Positions 1 to 8,653 of a DNA stretch of 32,000 bases are shown here, piece by piece (positions within the stretch are counted from its first letter, which is position 1; every line of letters begins with the position of its first letter). The stretch covers positions 1 through 32,000 of the forward strand of contig RQZE01000002.1 of the NCBI GenBank assembly GCA_003858585.1, read 5' to 3'. The stretch is from Erysipelotrichaceae bacterium OH741_COT-311 (GTDB taxonomy: Bacteria; Bacillota_I; Bacilli_A; Erysipelotrichales; Erysipelotrichaceae). A model generated the notes under the pieces. That model had not been told where the DNA came from, did no database searches, and saw nothing but the letters and a program-made list of their open reading frames with translations. The position numbers and the translations under genes are program-made.

Positions 1-67
1 CTGGCAGGCGATAAAAGCACACGTGTGTGCAGCCAGTGATAGTAGGGCTAAGCCCGAAAATGAAAAA

Positions 68-98
68 CCACCCGCTAGGCGGGTGGATATTTATTATT
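68..98 (+). terminator. Rho-independent terminator closing an upstream, off-window transcript
   Basis: 8-bp GC-rich stem CCACCCGC (68-75) / GCGGGTGG (79-86) with a 3-nt loop, followed by T-rich ATATTTATTATT. It is preceded by an unusually GC-rich segment (1-67). Confidence 0.65.
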
Positions 99-122
99 AT
101 GCTAACACAATAAAAATGAATG

Positions 123-131
123 TGATATAAT
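123..131 (+). promoter_or_regulatory. Extended -10 promoter element (TGaTATAAT) for the DUF2339-like gene
   Basis: TG at 123-124 and TATAAT at 126-131, about 68 nt upstream of ATG 199. SD GGGAG at 188-192, 6 nt before the ATG. Confidence 0.45.
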
Positions 132-198
132 GGACAATAATGAAATTTTGAAAAATCAATATAACGCATATAGTTTTATTAGATAAAGGGAGAGCAAG

Positions 199-2280
199 AT
201 GGAGCAGTTAAAACAGCGTATCGATCAATTAGAGTTACGTGTACAAGAGTTGGAAGAAAAACTTCAAAGTATGAATCAACCACAAAGAGAATTGCCCAAA
301 CGAGGGGTAACCTATTTGGAAAATCAAGATGATCTCTTTAAGAAAAAATATAAGCCGGCATCTATTTATCGTAACAAGAAGGCAGAGGGTGATAAGGGAT
401 TAGATTCTCATACGTTGTTTGATAAAGAAATTCCAAGTTGGATTGAAAAGTTTAAAGATAAGGAATCACTGATTGGTAAGTATTTCATTGGAGCTTTGGC
501 ATCACTTTTAATTTTTATTGCAGCGATTTCATTTGTGGCAATGGTTTGGAATGATATCAGTTCAGAAATTAAATTAGGAGTTGTAAGTCTGATTGGGTTA
601 GTGTTAAGTGGTGTTGGATTTACTATGGCACTAAAAAAACCAAGTAATGTCAGTTCCGTTGTGTTTGGAACAGGTATTGGTTTGGTTTATATTGCCATTG
701 TATCAGCGAATTTAGTGTTTTCCTTGGTTAGTCATGAGATTTCAGCATTACTTTGTGTCGCATGGACCCTATTGATTTTATATTCGCATCGTTATACCAA
801 GTTATATTTTACAATTGTAGTAGCTTCTATTGGTAGTTTTATTAATTTAGCATTTGAGCTTACATACGTTTCTAATTTACAAGATATGTTATTTATTGTT
901 GGTTATACAAGTCTTGTATCTATCATGTTGTTGTATGTGAGTAATATGCTTGATAAAGTGCGTAATGCTATTAGTATTGCGTTTGTATTCTTTAATTTTG
1001 CTTTGCTTTTTAAATGGATGCATGATGTTGCATCATTGGATTATGCATGGGCACAAGTTATTGTTACGATTGTGTTGTTGTTGATTGTAAATTGGATGTA
1101 TTCTTTAGCAAATAAAGAGAATCTTCATAAAAGTTATCTTGTACTTACAGTTATATCTATCTATTGTTTATTATTTACAGTCACTGATACACTTAGAGGT
1201 CCTGATGTTTTGGGTTTAAGTTCTTTACAGGTAGCGATGATTGGCTTCATCTTGATTTTTGTACAATGTATCATAAATCAAAAAGTGTATCCAAATATTG
1301 AATCTTCATTAACTAAAGTGTATGTATTTCCGTTATATTTTTTAATGGTAGAAATCAATAGCTTAGTATTTTCTGAAGGTGCAATGGGTGCAGTGGCGAT
1401 ATTGTTGTATGTGATTGTACGCAAACACGTATGGGCAAAAGGTGGTTTGGGTCCATATACGATGGTGTTTATTCTATTGGATTTCATTGTTGGTTTAAAG
1501 CAAACTTCTATGTTGACGATGGTATTTACTATCGTAAATATGGCATTGTTGTTTTATCTCTTTTATCAAGAACAAGTGGAATCACTTCTTTATAAAAACG
1601 TTGCGTTGGCAATGTTGTTTGTAAGTTATTTTAAAGTATCTTATGATCTTAGTGTGTTAGCAGGTTGGAATGTATATCTGTATGATATGCAAAATTTAAT
1701 TGCTTATGGATTAAGTGTTATTACGTTAATTGTGGTGTATTATATAGGTTATTTAGAGCCAAAAGAACAAGATGTCATGCGTTTTCATCCACATTTTGGA
1801 GTATACTTGTTTTCTATCTTGTTGTATGTCTTTGGCTTAAAAGAAATGTTGCTGGTGGAAGATGGAATCATTCGTTTCATTATTACACTTACTACTTTTA
1901 GTGTTCTAGTGTTTAAAAGTTATGTGTTAATCAAGGATTATCAAGAAATGCCAAATCATATCGGTATTTGGTTTGTAACGAAGTATTTTATCTTTGTGTG
2001 GACAATGATACATGCCTTCTGGAGACTTCAGTTTGATTCGGTTTCTTATAGTGTTGTCGGTTTAGTATTGGCAATTGCTTCGATTTACATCGGATTTAAA
2101 TATGGCATAAAAATTATCAGACAATATGGCTTAGGGCTTGCGATGTTGATGGTGGTGAAGTTTATCTTTGTAGATCTTCAAGGTGAAAATTCCATTACTC
2201 GTGTTGTGGCATTTACAATTGGTGGGATTTTGTGCTTTATTATTAGTATTATCTATAATCGTCTTAGCAAAGAGGAATAA
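199..2280 (+). CDS. Polytopic membrane protein with N-terminal coiled coil (DUF2339-like)
   Basis: 693-aa ORF with a good SD. The N-terminus MEQLKQRIDQLELRVQELEEKLQ is a heptad-like coiled coil, followed by about 20 hydrophobic segments. This architecture is typical of DUF2339 proteins as I recall them. A terminator follows directly. Confidence 0.8.
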   Translation: MEQLKQRIDQLELRVQELEEKLQSMNQPQRELPKRGVTYLENQDDLFKKKYKPASIYRNKKAEGDKGLDSHTLFDKEIPSWIEKFKDKESLIGKYFIGALASLLIFIAAISFVAMVWNDISSEIKLGVVSLIGLVLSGVGFTMALKKPSNVSSVVFGTGIGLVYIAIVSANLVFSLVSHEISALLCVAWTLLILYSHRYTKLYFTIVVASIGSFINLAFELTYVSNLQDMLFIVGYTSLVSIMLLYVSNMLDKVRNAISIAFVFFNFALLFKWMHDVASLDYAWAQVIVTIVLLLIVNWMYSLANKENLHKSYLVLTVISIYCLLFTVTDTLRGPDVLGLSSLQVAMIGFILIFVQCIINQKVYPNIESSLTKVYVFPLYFLMVEINSLVFSEGAMGAVAILLYVIVRKHVWAKGGLGPYTMVFILLDFIVGLKQTSMLTMVFTIVNMALLFYLFYQEQVESLLYKNVALAMLFVSYFKVSYDLSVLAGWNVYLYDMQNLIAYGLSVITLIVVYYIGYLEPKEQDVMRFHPHFGVYLFSILLYVFGLKEMLLVEDGIIRFIITLTTFSVLVFKSYVLIKDYQEMPNHIGIWFVTKYFIFVWTMIHAFWRLQFDSVSYSVVGLVLAIASIYIGFKYGIKIIRQYGLGLAMLMVVKFIFVDLQGENSITRVVAFTIGGILCFIISIIYNRLSKEE

Positions 2281-2283
2281 TAA

Positions 2284-2310
2284 AAGGGAAGCGTTAGGCT
2301 TCCCTTGTTT
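2284..2310 (+). terminator. Rho-independent terminator
   Basis: Stem AAGGGAAGC (2284-2292) / GCTTCCCTT (2298-2306), loop GTTAG, then a short T-rich tail GTTT. Confidence 0.6.
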
Positions 2311-2618
2311 AATAAGAGGATATTTATCTAATGATTAACAAATCAATTAAATTCTTATTATACTAATATCCTGTATTTGCTCAATAGATATTGTCAAATT
2401 ATCGAAAATCACGTGTATTGGAATACAGAATATCAAATGCATCATTAATATAAGATAACAAGTTATTATCTTAAGCTACTCTGTCTCCATTCTTAATTTT
2501 AGAGATGTTAAATTTCATTGATACCACTCCTTTGTTCACCTTTACTATAAGGGATATTTGTAAATAATAGTAGTCTTTTATTTATTGTTTATAAGTGATA
2601 AAATGAAAGAAGAGAAAG

Positions 2619-3119
2619 TTGGGTATTATCATTGATAATACCATACAAGTTTATTTTACAAAAAATAAATTTGAAAGGAAGTATCATGCAAATGGCAAAG
2701 AAGAATACCTATCGCTTAAGTATGTTATTTTTTTTATGGCACTGTGGACTATATCTATGTTGATGTATCAAGTATTTACTTGGGTTATCGTCTTAAATGC
2801 AATAACGATAGTGTTGTTGAGGAGGTATAGAACAATAGATAAACAACATATCTTTATTGGAGTTGTATTAGGAAGTCTTTGTATGTTATCCAATGTAATG
2901 GTGGGCTGTTTTACTATACTACCATTAATCGCTTCTATGACCGTCTTTAAACATAGTGCGAAAAGGATATCCTTTTATAAAAGAAAGGCACATTCTTTTG
3001 CAACTGCGTTATTATTGATTGTTATCGTGGGTGGTCTTTTAGGTAGTACTAATGTGTTATCGGCTATAGGTTCACACGCTTTGGTGGATGTAATTCGATT
3101 CTGTGTATTTGGAGTATAG
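2619..3119 (+). CDS. Small hypothetical membrane protein (about 4 TM); start codon uncertain
   Basis: 166-aa ORF from TTG 2619 with a weak SD. An in-frame ATG lies at 2736 just after a T8 run. A much better SD (GAAAGGAAG) serves an out-of-frame ATG at 2686. Hydrophobic segments: WTISMLMYQVFTWVIVLNAITIVLL, IFIGVVLGSLCMLSNVMVGCFTILPLIA, ALLLIVIVGGLLG. No recognisable family. Confidence 0.45.
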   Translation: MGIIIDNTIQVYFTKNKFERKYHANGKEEYLSLKYVIFFMALWTISMLMYQVFTWVIVLNAITIVLLRRYRTIDKQHIFIGVVLGSLCMLSNVMVGCFTILPLIASMTVFKHSAKRISFYKRKAHSFATALLLIVIVGGLLGSTNVLSAIGSHALVDVIRFCVFGV

Positions 3120-3138
3120 AGAAAAGAATGAAAATAGA

Positions 3139-3170
3139 AAAGAACTGCTTTTCATAGCAGCTCTTTTTTG
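3139..3170. terminator. Bidirectional terminator hairpin between convergent genes
   Basis: AAGAACTGC (3140-3148) pairs with GCAGCTCTT (3157-3165) with one mismatch. It is flanked by an A-rich stretch (AAAATAGAAAA) upstream and a T-run downstream (3164-3169). Confidence 0.6.
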
Positions 3171-3173
3171 TTT

Positions 3174-4142
3174 CTATAACGAATAAGGAATTAAAAGTTC
3201 TACAATTTCAGTAAATCCATTTTCAGAAGCATAATATAAGGCATTTTGTTGATAATTATCAGCCAGTGTGGCATCTGCATTGTTTTCTAACAACATTCTT
3301 ACAATGTCATTGTATCCTTTGCTTGCTGCAAGAATCAATGGAGTTTCTCCGTTTTCGTTTTGACTGTTGATATCCGCTTGATGTTCTAATAGCGCTTTTA
3401 CGATGTATGGATTTCCGTAGAAGCAAGCAAAGTGTAAGGTGCTATTTCCGTGAAGGGTTTTTAAATTAGGATCTGCTTTTGCTTCTAATAAAATGGTTGT
3501 CATCAAGAGATTGTTCTTTAAGCATGCGATGTTTAAGGGGGAATAACCTTCATCATTTAAAGCATTTTTATCTATATCTTCTTTTTGTACTAAGTTCTTT
3601 AAAACTTCACTTTGTTCGTTGTAACATGCCTGATGCAATAAAGTGTTTCCATGGGTGCTTTTATCATTGGAGTGAGGTAAAAGATCTAATAAATCACGTA
3701 AGCCATTTGCAGAGGCATAATCAAGGGCTTTATGTCCTTTGTTATCTTGAATAGTAAGATCAGCGTTTTGGTTGATTAAGAAACGTGCGCTTTCCGTCTT
3801 TTTAGCATCAATAGCATACATTAGGGGTGTGCATCCATCCACATCTAATGCATTGATATCTGCTCCTTTTTCTAAAAGCAAAGCTAAAATATCTTTATTT
3901 CCGTTAGTTGCACTATAGTGTAAAGGGGTAATGCTGACGTTGTTTGTCGAAGTAACATCACTGCCACATTGAATTAAAGTGACAGCAATGTCTTTAAACC
4001 CTTTTAAGCAAGCATAATGCAATGCCGTATTACCTTGAGGGTCTTTTTTGTTAAAGTCGATACCGCCTTTTTTTATAAAGGCAAGTACAACACCTTTCTG
4101 TCCGTTTTTACATGCGTTTAAGAAAATTGAATTATTATCCAT
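3174..4142 (-). CDS. Ankyrin-repeat protein (about 9 ANK repeats), no signal peptide
   Basis: The 322-aa translation is wall-to-wall ANK consensus: GNTALHYACLKGFKDIAVTLIQCGSDV, ITPLHYSATNGNKDILALLLEKGADINA, GCTPLMYAI, GNTLLHQACYN, YSPLNIACLKNN, GNSTLHFACFYGNPYIVKALLEHQADIN, GETPLILAASKGYNDIVRMLLENNAD. SD AAAGGA lies 6 nt upstream, inside the end of the preceding gene. Confidence 0.9.
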   Translation of the reverse strand: MDNNSIFLNACKNGQKGVVLAFIKKGGIDFNKKDPQGNTALHYACLKGFKDIAVTLIQCGSDVTSTNNVSITPLHYSATNGNKDILALLLEKGADINALDVDGCTPLMYAIDAKKTESARFLINQNADLTIQDNKGHKALDYASANGLRDLLDLLPHSNDKSTHGNTLLHQACYNEQSEVLKNLVQKEDIDKNALNDEGYSPLNIACLKNNLLMTTILLEAKADPNLKTLHGNSTLHFACFYGNPYIVKALLEHQADINSQNENGETPLILAASKGYNDIVRMLLENNADATLADNYQQNALYYASENGFTEIVELLIPYSL

Positions 4143-4145
4143 ATC

Positions 4146-5576
4146 TTATCCTTTCATAATTAGTAAGTTTACTAATGCTTCATTGTTGTTGGCAACGGCG
4201 ATTTCTAAAGCACTTTGTCCTTCATTATTTCGATGTTCTAAGTTTGGATCATCAAAATCAAATAGTAAGGATGCAAATTCTCGAGCAGCTTTTGCATCTT
4301 TATTTTTACAAGCATAGATAAGAGCTGTATTTCCAAATGTATCAACTAAAGAAACGTTAGCATCGTTTTCTAAAAGTTCTAATATTTGTTCTTGGTGAGA
4401 AAATGAGCCAAATTGACAAAGATGCATCAAAGCACTTGTACCTTCCAGATTTGTTTTGTTAACATCACAATGTTTGCTTATTAAGAATTGAATTAAAAGA
4501 TTGGGTATTGTTGTACCATTGTAGCCGGTTGCTCGATTGATGTATTTACATGCAGAAATTAAAACGGTGTTTCCTAGCTCATCAATGGTATCATCAATAT
4601 TTAAACCGGATTGATACAAAAGCTGTAAGATTTTCATAACATCTTTCATGTTATCAAAGTGAACGTGTAAATCTCCGTTGTGACGTGGCCAAACAGCTAG
4701 ACAATTTTGTCCTTCTTCATTTTTATAGTTACAATCCGCCTGATGTTTCAATAACAGTTCAACCGCTTTTAAATCGATATAATAAACAGCAGTTTGTAAC
4801 GGTGTTAATTTATTACTAGCATCCGGTTCTTGTGAAATTTCATTGACATTGGCACCAGCATTTAAAATTTCTTCCAATGCTTTATAGTCTTTATTGATAA
4901 TGGCATTATGCAAAGACATACCAGCGTATATGCTTGTTTTATCTTCCGGTTGATCAAAGTTAAAAGTACCATTATAGACAGCTAACAAAGAATGACTTTG
5001 TCGATCATTTGCGATATCAATGGCATTTTTACTTAACCTATTATATTCTTTTGGATCAAGTCCAGCTTCCATTAAAGCGGAAACGACTTGAAGTAAAGCC
5101 AATTCTTTTTGATCTTCACGATAGTTGTAGCTAATACTACAAAGTAAATTGTTTTCATAACCATCGGTAAGATTTAGTTTTAACCCACGATCGATAAATG
5201 CTTGTAGTACGTCGGCTTGTAAATGTTCTGCAGCAATATGAGCTGGTGTTTTTCCTTCTCGATTCTTACGTAAAATACTAGCTTTATGGTCAAGCAATTG
5301 ATTCAAGCAATCCATAAGCGCTTCTTTTGATAAATCATCGGCATGATTTAGTAACGTGTGTAGTGGACGTTCTTGTTGGTAGTTTGCAGCATTCACATCA
5401 AAGCCTTTTTCAATTAATTGTTGAATGGCTCTAGCATCTCCATAGCTAGCTGCTAGATGTAGCAAAGTATCTTCGCTATAGTCATCAATATCTTCCATGG
5501 TTGCTTGATTGTAGAGATTGGGTAAATCTTGAGTGTCGTTGTTAAGATACTTGTTTTTAATTTCTTTGTAGGACAT
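4146..5576 (-). CDS. Ankyrin-repeat protein (476 aa), no signal peptide
   Basis: ANK repeats throughout: DTLLHLAASYGDARAIQQLIEKGFDVN, GKTPAHIAAEHLQADVLQAFIDRG, LTPLQTAVYYIDLKAVELLLKHQADCN, GNTVLISACKY, GTSALMHLCQ, GNTALIYACKNKD, GQSALEIAVANNNEALVNLLI. Start set at ATG 5576 (MSYKEIKN...), preceded by SD AAAGGGG. The track's longer start at 5687 adds an implausible FY-rich leader with no SD. The stop is 3 nt from the next gene's ATG. Confidence 0.85.
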   Translation of the reverse strand: MSYKEIKNKYLNNDTQDLPNLYNQATMEDIDDYSEDTLLHLAASYGDARAIQQLIEKGFDVNAANYQQERPLHTLLNHADDLSKEALMDCLNQLLDHKASILRKNREGKTPAHIAAEHLQADVLQAFIDRGLKLNLTDGYENNLLCSISYNYREDQKELALLQVVSALMEAGLDPKEYNRLSKNAIDIANDRQSHSLLAVYNGTFNFDQPEDKTSIYAGMSLHNAIINKDYKALEEILNAGANVNEISQEPDASNKLTPLQTAVYYIDLKAVELLLKHQADCNYKNEEGQNCLAVWPRHNGDLHVHFDNMKDVMKILQLLYQSGLNIDDTIDELGNTVLISACKYINRATGYNGTTIPNLLIQFLISKHCDVNKTNLEGTSALMHLCQFGSFSHQEQILELLENDANVSLVDTFGNTALIYACKNKDAKAAREFASLLFDFDDPNLEHRNNEGQSALEIAVANNNEALVNLLIMKG

Positions 5577-5959
5577 AAAAACCCCTTTCTTTCTATTATA
5601 ATTGTAAATCGTATGAAACATGTTGTTACTTCCATTGTAGAACAAAAAGTAGTAAAAAACATAGTAAATTTTAAAAAATATAAACATAATTTATCAATTT
5701 AACTCATTTTAAATGGAATTATAATAAAATACTTTTTTAATCAATTTTATTCTTAAAATATTAAATAAATGTAAAATGTTTATTTAAATTAAATTGCAAA
5801 AAATTATACGTTGAATTTTAATTATATAGTTAAGAAGTAGTTTATATAAAGAAAGAGAATCGTTACAATTTGGATTCTATTTTTATTTTTAAGGAGTATG
5901 ATATATTAATATTATAGATATCTAATACATAAACAATCATAATAAGAAGGGAGAGAAGA

Positions 5960-7939
5960 ATGAAACAATCCGTGAATGAAAGAATACAACGAGTCGTTGA
6001 TTTGTTTTTAACGTACCATTATGTAGACTATAAAAAAATTGTTCAAGAATTAAAAATATCAAAACGAACTGCTTACTATACAATTGAAGAATTAAATAAA
6101 ATCTTCCAACAGTATCATTTACCATGGATTGATACAGTTTATGGGAAAGGAATGTATTTAAGTGAAGAACAAAAAAAGTTTGTAAAACAGCAATCATTTA
6201 CCCAAAAGGAAGAAACACTTCTTTTGGAAAGTGATGAGTTAATCGCAACTATTTTTTTCGTTATTTTACATAGTAAAAAAACATACTATATGTATCAATT
6301 TGAAGAGATGTTTTCACTTAGTAGATTTACGATTAATACCAATATGAATAAATTGAAGAATATCTTACATAAGTTTTCAATTAAGCTAGATTCATCAAAA
6401 AACGGTTATTTTATTCAAGGAAAGGAAAGAAATGTACGTAAAGCGTTTTTTTATTTATTTCCTAGTATTATGAACATCTTTAAGCTGAAAAACTTTTGGT
6501 ATATGCTTAGCGATGTTGAATTTAAAACAATTATGGAACTTGAAGAATCTATTCTTACTTTCAAACAAAGGCATCATCTTGCTTATTCAGAATCATCAAT
6601 CACTGCGATTGCTTGTTTATTGTATCGTGCGGTTTGCTTAAAACATGAAATGGATTCTATGGATGATTTTATATTAGAAAATGATGTTGTAAGACATAGT
6701 TATGAGTATCAATATATCAATAGCCATTTTCCTAGTTTATCCTTGCAGAACAAAAATTACTTTTCGGTTGTTTTGTATTGTTCTAGACTAAATGCTTGTG
6801 TTACAACCAATGTAAATGTTAAGGAGCTAGTCAATGATTTAATTGATGCAGTTTCTTCTATAACAGGGGTGGAGATTTATGATGAAGAATTATGGAAGAA
6901 TCTTTGTCGCCATTTAAATATTTCCTTTATACGATATCAATATGGTATTTTAATTGATAATCCTTTGATTGATGATATTAAGAAACAGTATGGTGAATAC
7001 TTTAGTATTGTAAAACAAGCAACCAATGCTTTAAATGTGAAGTTTCAAGGCCTTATTACAGATAATGAAATTGGATTTTTAACCTTGTATTTTGTTGTTA
7101 TTTTTCAGGAACGTAAAATTGAAAATCGACTTAAAATTTTAGTTGTTTGTCTCAATGGTTTAGCAACCTCATATCTTTTGAAGAAAGAATTAGAAATGTT
7201 GGACCATCGTATTGAAATTATAGATAGTATCTCTATGAATCAATTAGATCAATACACACAGTATGATTTTATTATTTCAACCATTGAGTTGGACGCAAAA
7301 TATAAACATATTGTGGTAAATCCAATCTTATCCATTGAAGATAAAATTAAAATATTGAGTTATTTGAATCAATATCACTTACAAAATCCATATCCAAGTA
7401 TTGAAGAGATTGTTAAGATTGTGAAGCCGTACATTAAAGAGACAGAAGCTCATTTGTTAAAGCAGGATTTAACGAAACTTTATTGTAGTACAGTAAAAAA
7501 AGATTTCAGTGATTTATTTAAGCAAGAGTTTGTAACCATTTATAAAAATACAGATGAAACATGGAAAGAGTTGTTGGTTGAAGCAAGCAAACCTTTGCTT
7601 TTAAATGGATATATTGCTCAAGAATACGTTGAAGAAATTATACATAACATTGATGAATATGGAAGTTATATGGTTTATCCAAATGGTTATTTATTGGCTC
7701 ATGCTTCTGCAGAGCATAGCTATCGATTGGGATTAAGTGTATTGCTTTTAGACAAGGAAGTGGAAGTAGCTGGTAATATGGTTTCTAAAATCTTCATGTT
7801 AACGCCTTATAACTATACAGCACATTTATCGGTGTTAAATAAATTAATAAAATTATTTAAACACACAAAGATGGATCATAGTTATCATAACTTTGATGTA
7901 GAAGAATTGTTTCTATTTATTAACAATCAACTTGTATAG
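5960..7939 (+). CDS. PRD-domain PTS-controlled transcriptional regulator (MtlR/LicR/BglG-family; HTH-wHTH-PRD-PRD-EIIB(Gat)-like-EIIA(Mtl/Fru)-like)
   Basis: 659 aa. N-terminal HTH (YKKIVQELKISKRTAYYTIEELN) and a second winged helix (FSLSRFTINTNMNKLKNILHKFSIKLDSSKNGYFIQG). Central PRD-like helical region (LCRHLNISFIRYQYG...). EIIB-like KILVVCLNGLATSYLLKKELE with a Cys. C-terminal EIIA-like domain (YPNGYLLAHASAEH). SD AAGGGAGAG precedes the ATG. Confidence 0.85.
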   Translation: MKQSVNERIQRVVDLFLTYHYVDYKKIVQELKISKRTAYYTIEELNKIFQQYHLPWIDTVYGKGMYLSEEQKKFVKQQSFTQKEETLLLESDELIATIFFVILHSKKTYYMYQFEEMFSLSRFTINTNMNKLKNILHKFSIKLDSSKNGYFIQGKERNVRKAFFYLFPSIMNIFKLKNFWYMLSDVEFKTIMELEESILTFKQRHHLAYSESSITAIACLLYRAVCLKHEMDSMDDFILENDVVRHSYEYQYINSHFPSLSLQNKNYFSVVLYCSRLNACVTTNVNVKELVNDLIDAVSSITGVEIYDEELWKNLCRHLNISFIRYQYGILIDNPLIDDIKKQYGEYFSIVKQATNALNVKFQGLITDNEIGFLTLYFVVIFQERKIENRLKILVVCLNGLATSYLLKKELEMLDHRIEIIDSISMNQLDQYTQYDFIISTIELDAKYKHIVVNPILSIEDKIKILSYLNQYHLQNPYPSIEEIVKIVKPYIKETEAHLLKQDLTKLYCSTVKKDFSDLFKQEFVTIYKNTDETWKELLVEASKPLLLNGYIAQEYVEEIIHNIDEYGSYMVYPNGYLLAHASAEHSYRLGLSVLLLDKEVEVAGNMVSKIFMLTPYNYTAHLSVLNKLIKLFKHTKMDHSYHNFDVEELFLFINNQLV

Positions 7940-7981
7940 GCATGGAATTGCACAAATTTATGTGCAAAACTATGCCTTTTT
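7939..7981 (+). terminator. Strong terminator hairpin after the regulator gene; contains the palindrome TTGCACA-N6-TGTGCAA
   Basis: GGCATGGAATTGCACA (7939-7954) pairs with TGTGCAAAACTATGCC (7961-7976): 14 of 16 positions pair including one G-U, with an A-A internal bulge. A T5 run follows (7977-7981). Confidence 0.7.
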
Positions 7982-7999
7982 CTATTTTAATTCTGCTTC

Positions 8000-8005
8000 T
8001 ATAAT
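8000..8005 (+). promoter_or_regulatory. Candidate -10 (TATAAT) of the PTS/dgo operon promoter; no convincing -35
   Basis: TATAAT at 8000-8005, 25 nt upstream of ATG 8030. SD AAAGGGG at 8016-8022. The lack of a good -35 fits an activator-dependent promoter. Confidence 0.35.
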
Positions 8006-8029
8006 GAAGTTGAAGAAAGGGGTTAGACA

Positions 8030-8644
8030 ATGAAAAAATATAAATTAGCACCAATTACGATTATTATGCGTGGGTATGATATGGACAGTGCAATTTGTAT
8101 CGCAAAAAAACTGAATCAATATACTTGTTTTGGTATTGAAGTAACCATGAATACCCCAAATGCTTTAGAAATCATAAAAAAATTAGTGAGCTTGAATCTT
8201 AAACGTGTTAAGGTGGGAGCTGGCACCGTTATTACCATGGAGGAGTTAGTACAAGTGGTGCAAGCTGGTGCAAGTTTTGTGCTATCTCCTATAACCATGA
8301 GTGCTGAAATGTTAAAGTATTGTAAAGATCATCAAGTGATTAGCGTACCGGGGGCATTTTCTCCAAGTGAAATCTATCACATGAAGGTATTGGGTGCTGA
8401 TATCATTAAAATTTTTCCGGTATCTTCTTTTCATCTATCTTACTATAAATCGATAAAGGCTCCTTTGGGGGATATGGATTTTATGGCAGTTGGTGGGGTT
8501 GATGTGGATAATGCAAAAAACTATTTTGATTCTGGATGTAAATACATTGGTATAGGATCATCTCTTTGTAAGTTATCTGATATTTTAAAACAAGATTATA
8601 CGGAATTGGAAGAACATTTAGAAAGGCTAAGTCAATTAGTTTAA
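8030..8644 (+). CDS. dgoA: KDPG/KDPGal aldolase family (2-dehydro-3-deoxy-6-phosphogalactonate aldolase-like)
   Basis: 204 aa (E. coli DgoA is about 205 aa by recollection). Eda/DgoA-type blocks are present: PITIIMRG, IEVTMNTP, VGAGTVIT, ADIIKIFP, MAVGGV. The DgoA rather than Eda assignment comes only from co-location with the dgoD-like gene. Confidence 0.75.
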   Translation: MKKYKLAPITIIMRGYDMDSAICIAKKLNQYTCFGIEVTMNTPNALEIIKKLVSLNLKRVKVGAGTVITMEELVQVVQAGASFVLSPITMSAEMLKYCKDHQVISVPGAFSPSEIYHMKVLGADIIKIFPVSSFHLSYYKSIKAPLGDMDFMAVGGVDVDNAKNYFDSGCKYIGIGSSLCKLSDILKQDYTELEEHLERLSQLV

Positions 8645-8653
8645 GAGGTTATT

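Noticed and set aside
5577-5687. 37-codon N-terminal extension of the larger ankyrin ORF (track start at 5687, MFIFFKIYYVFYYFLFYNG...)
   Set aside because: The extension is an FY-rich translation of AT-rich intergenic DNA and has no SD. The internal ATG at 5576 has a clear AAAGGGG SD at proper spacing.
5855-5892. Hairpin AGAATC...GATTCT plus a T-run upstream of the PRD regulator, considered as an orphan terminator. The overlapping GAATCGTTACA was considered as a catabolite-responsive element (cre).
   Set aside because: The stem is only 6 bp with 2 GC pairs and an 11-nt loop. The cre comparison fails at the conserved TG and at the 3' CA positions of TGWAANCGNTNWCA.
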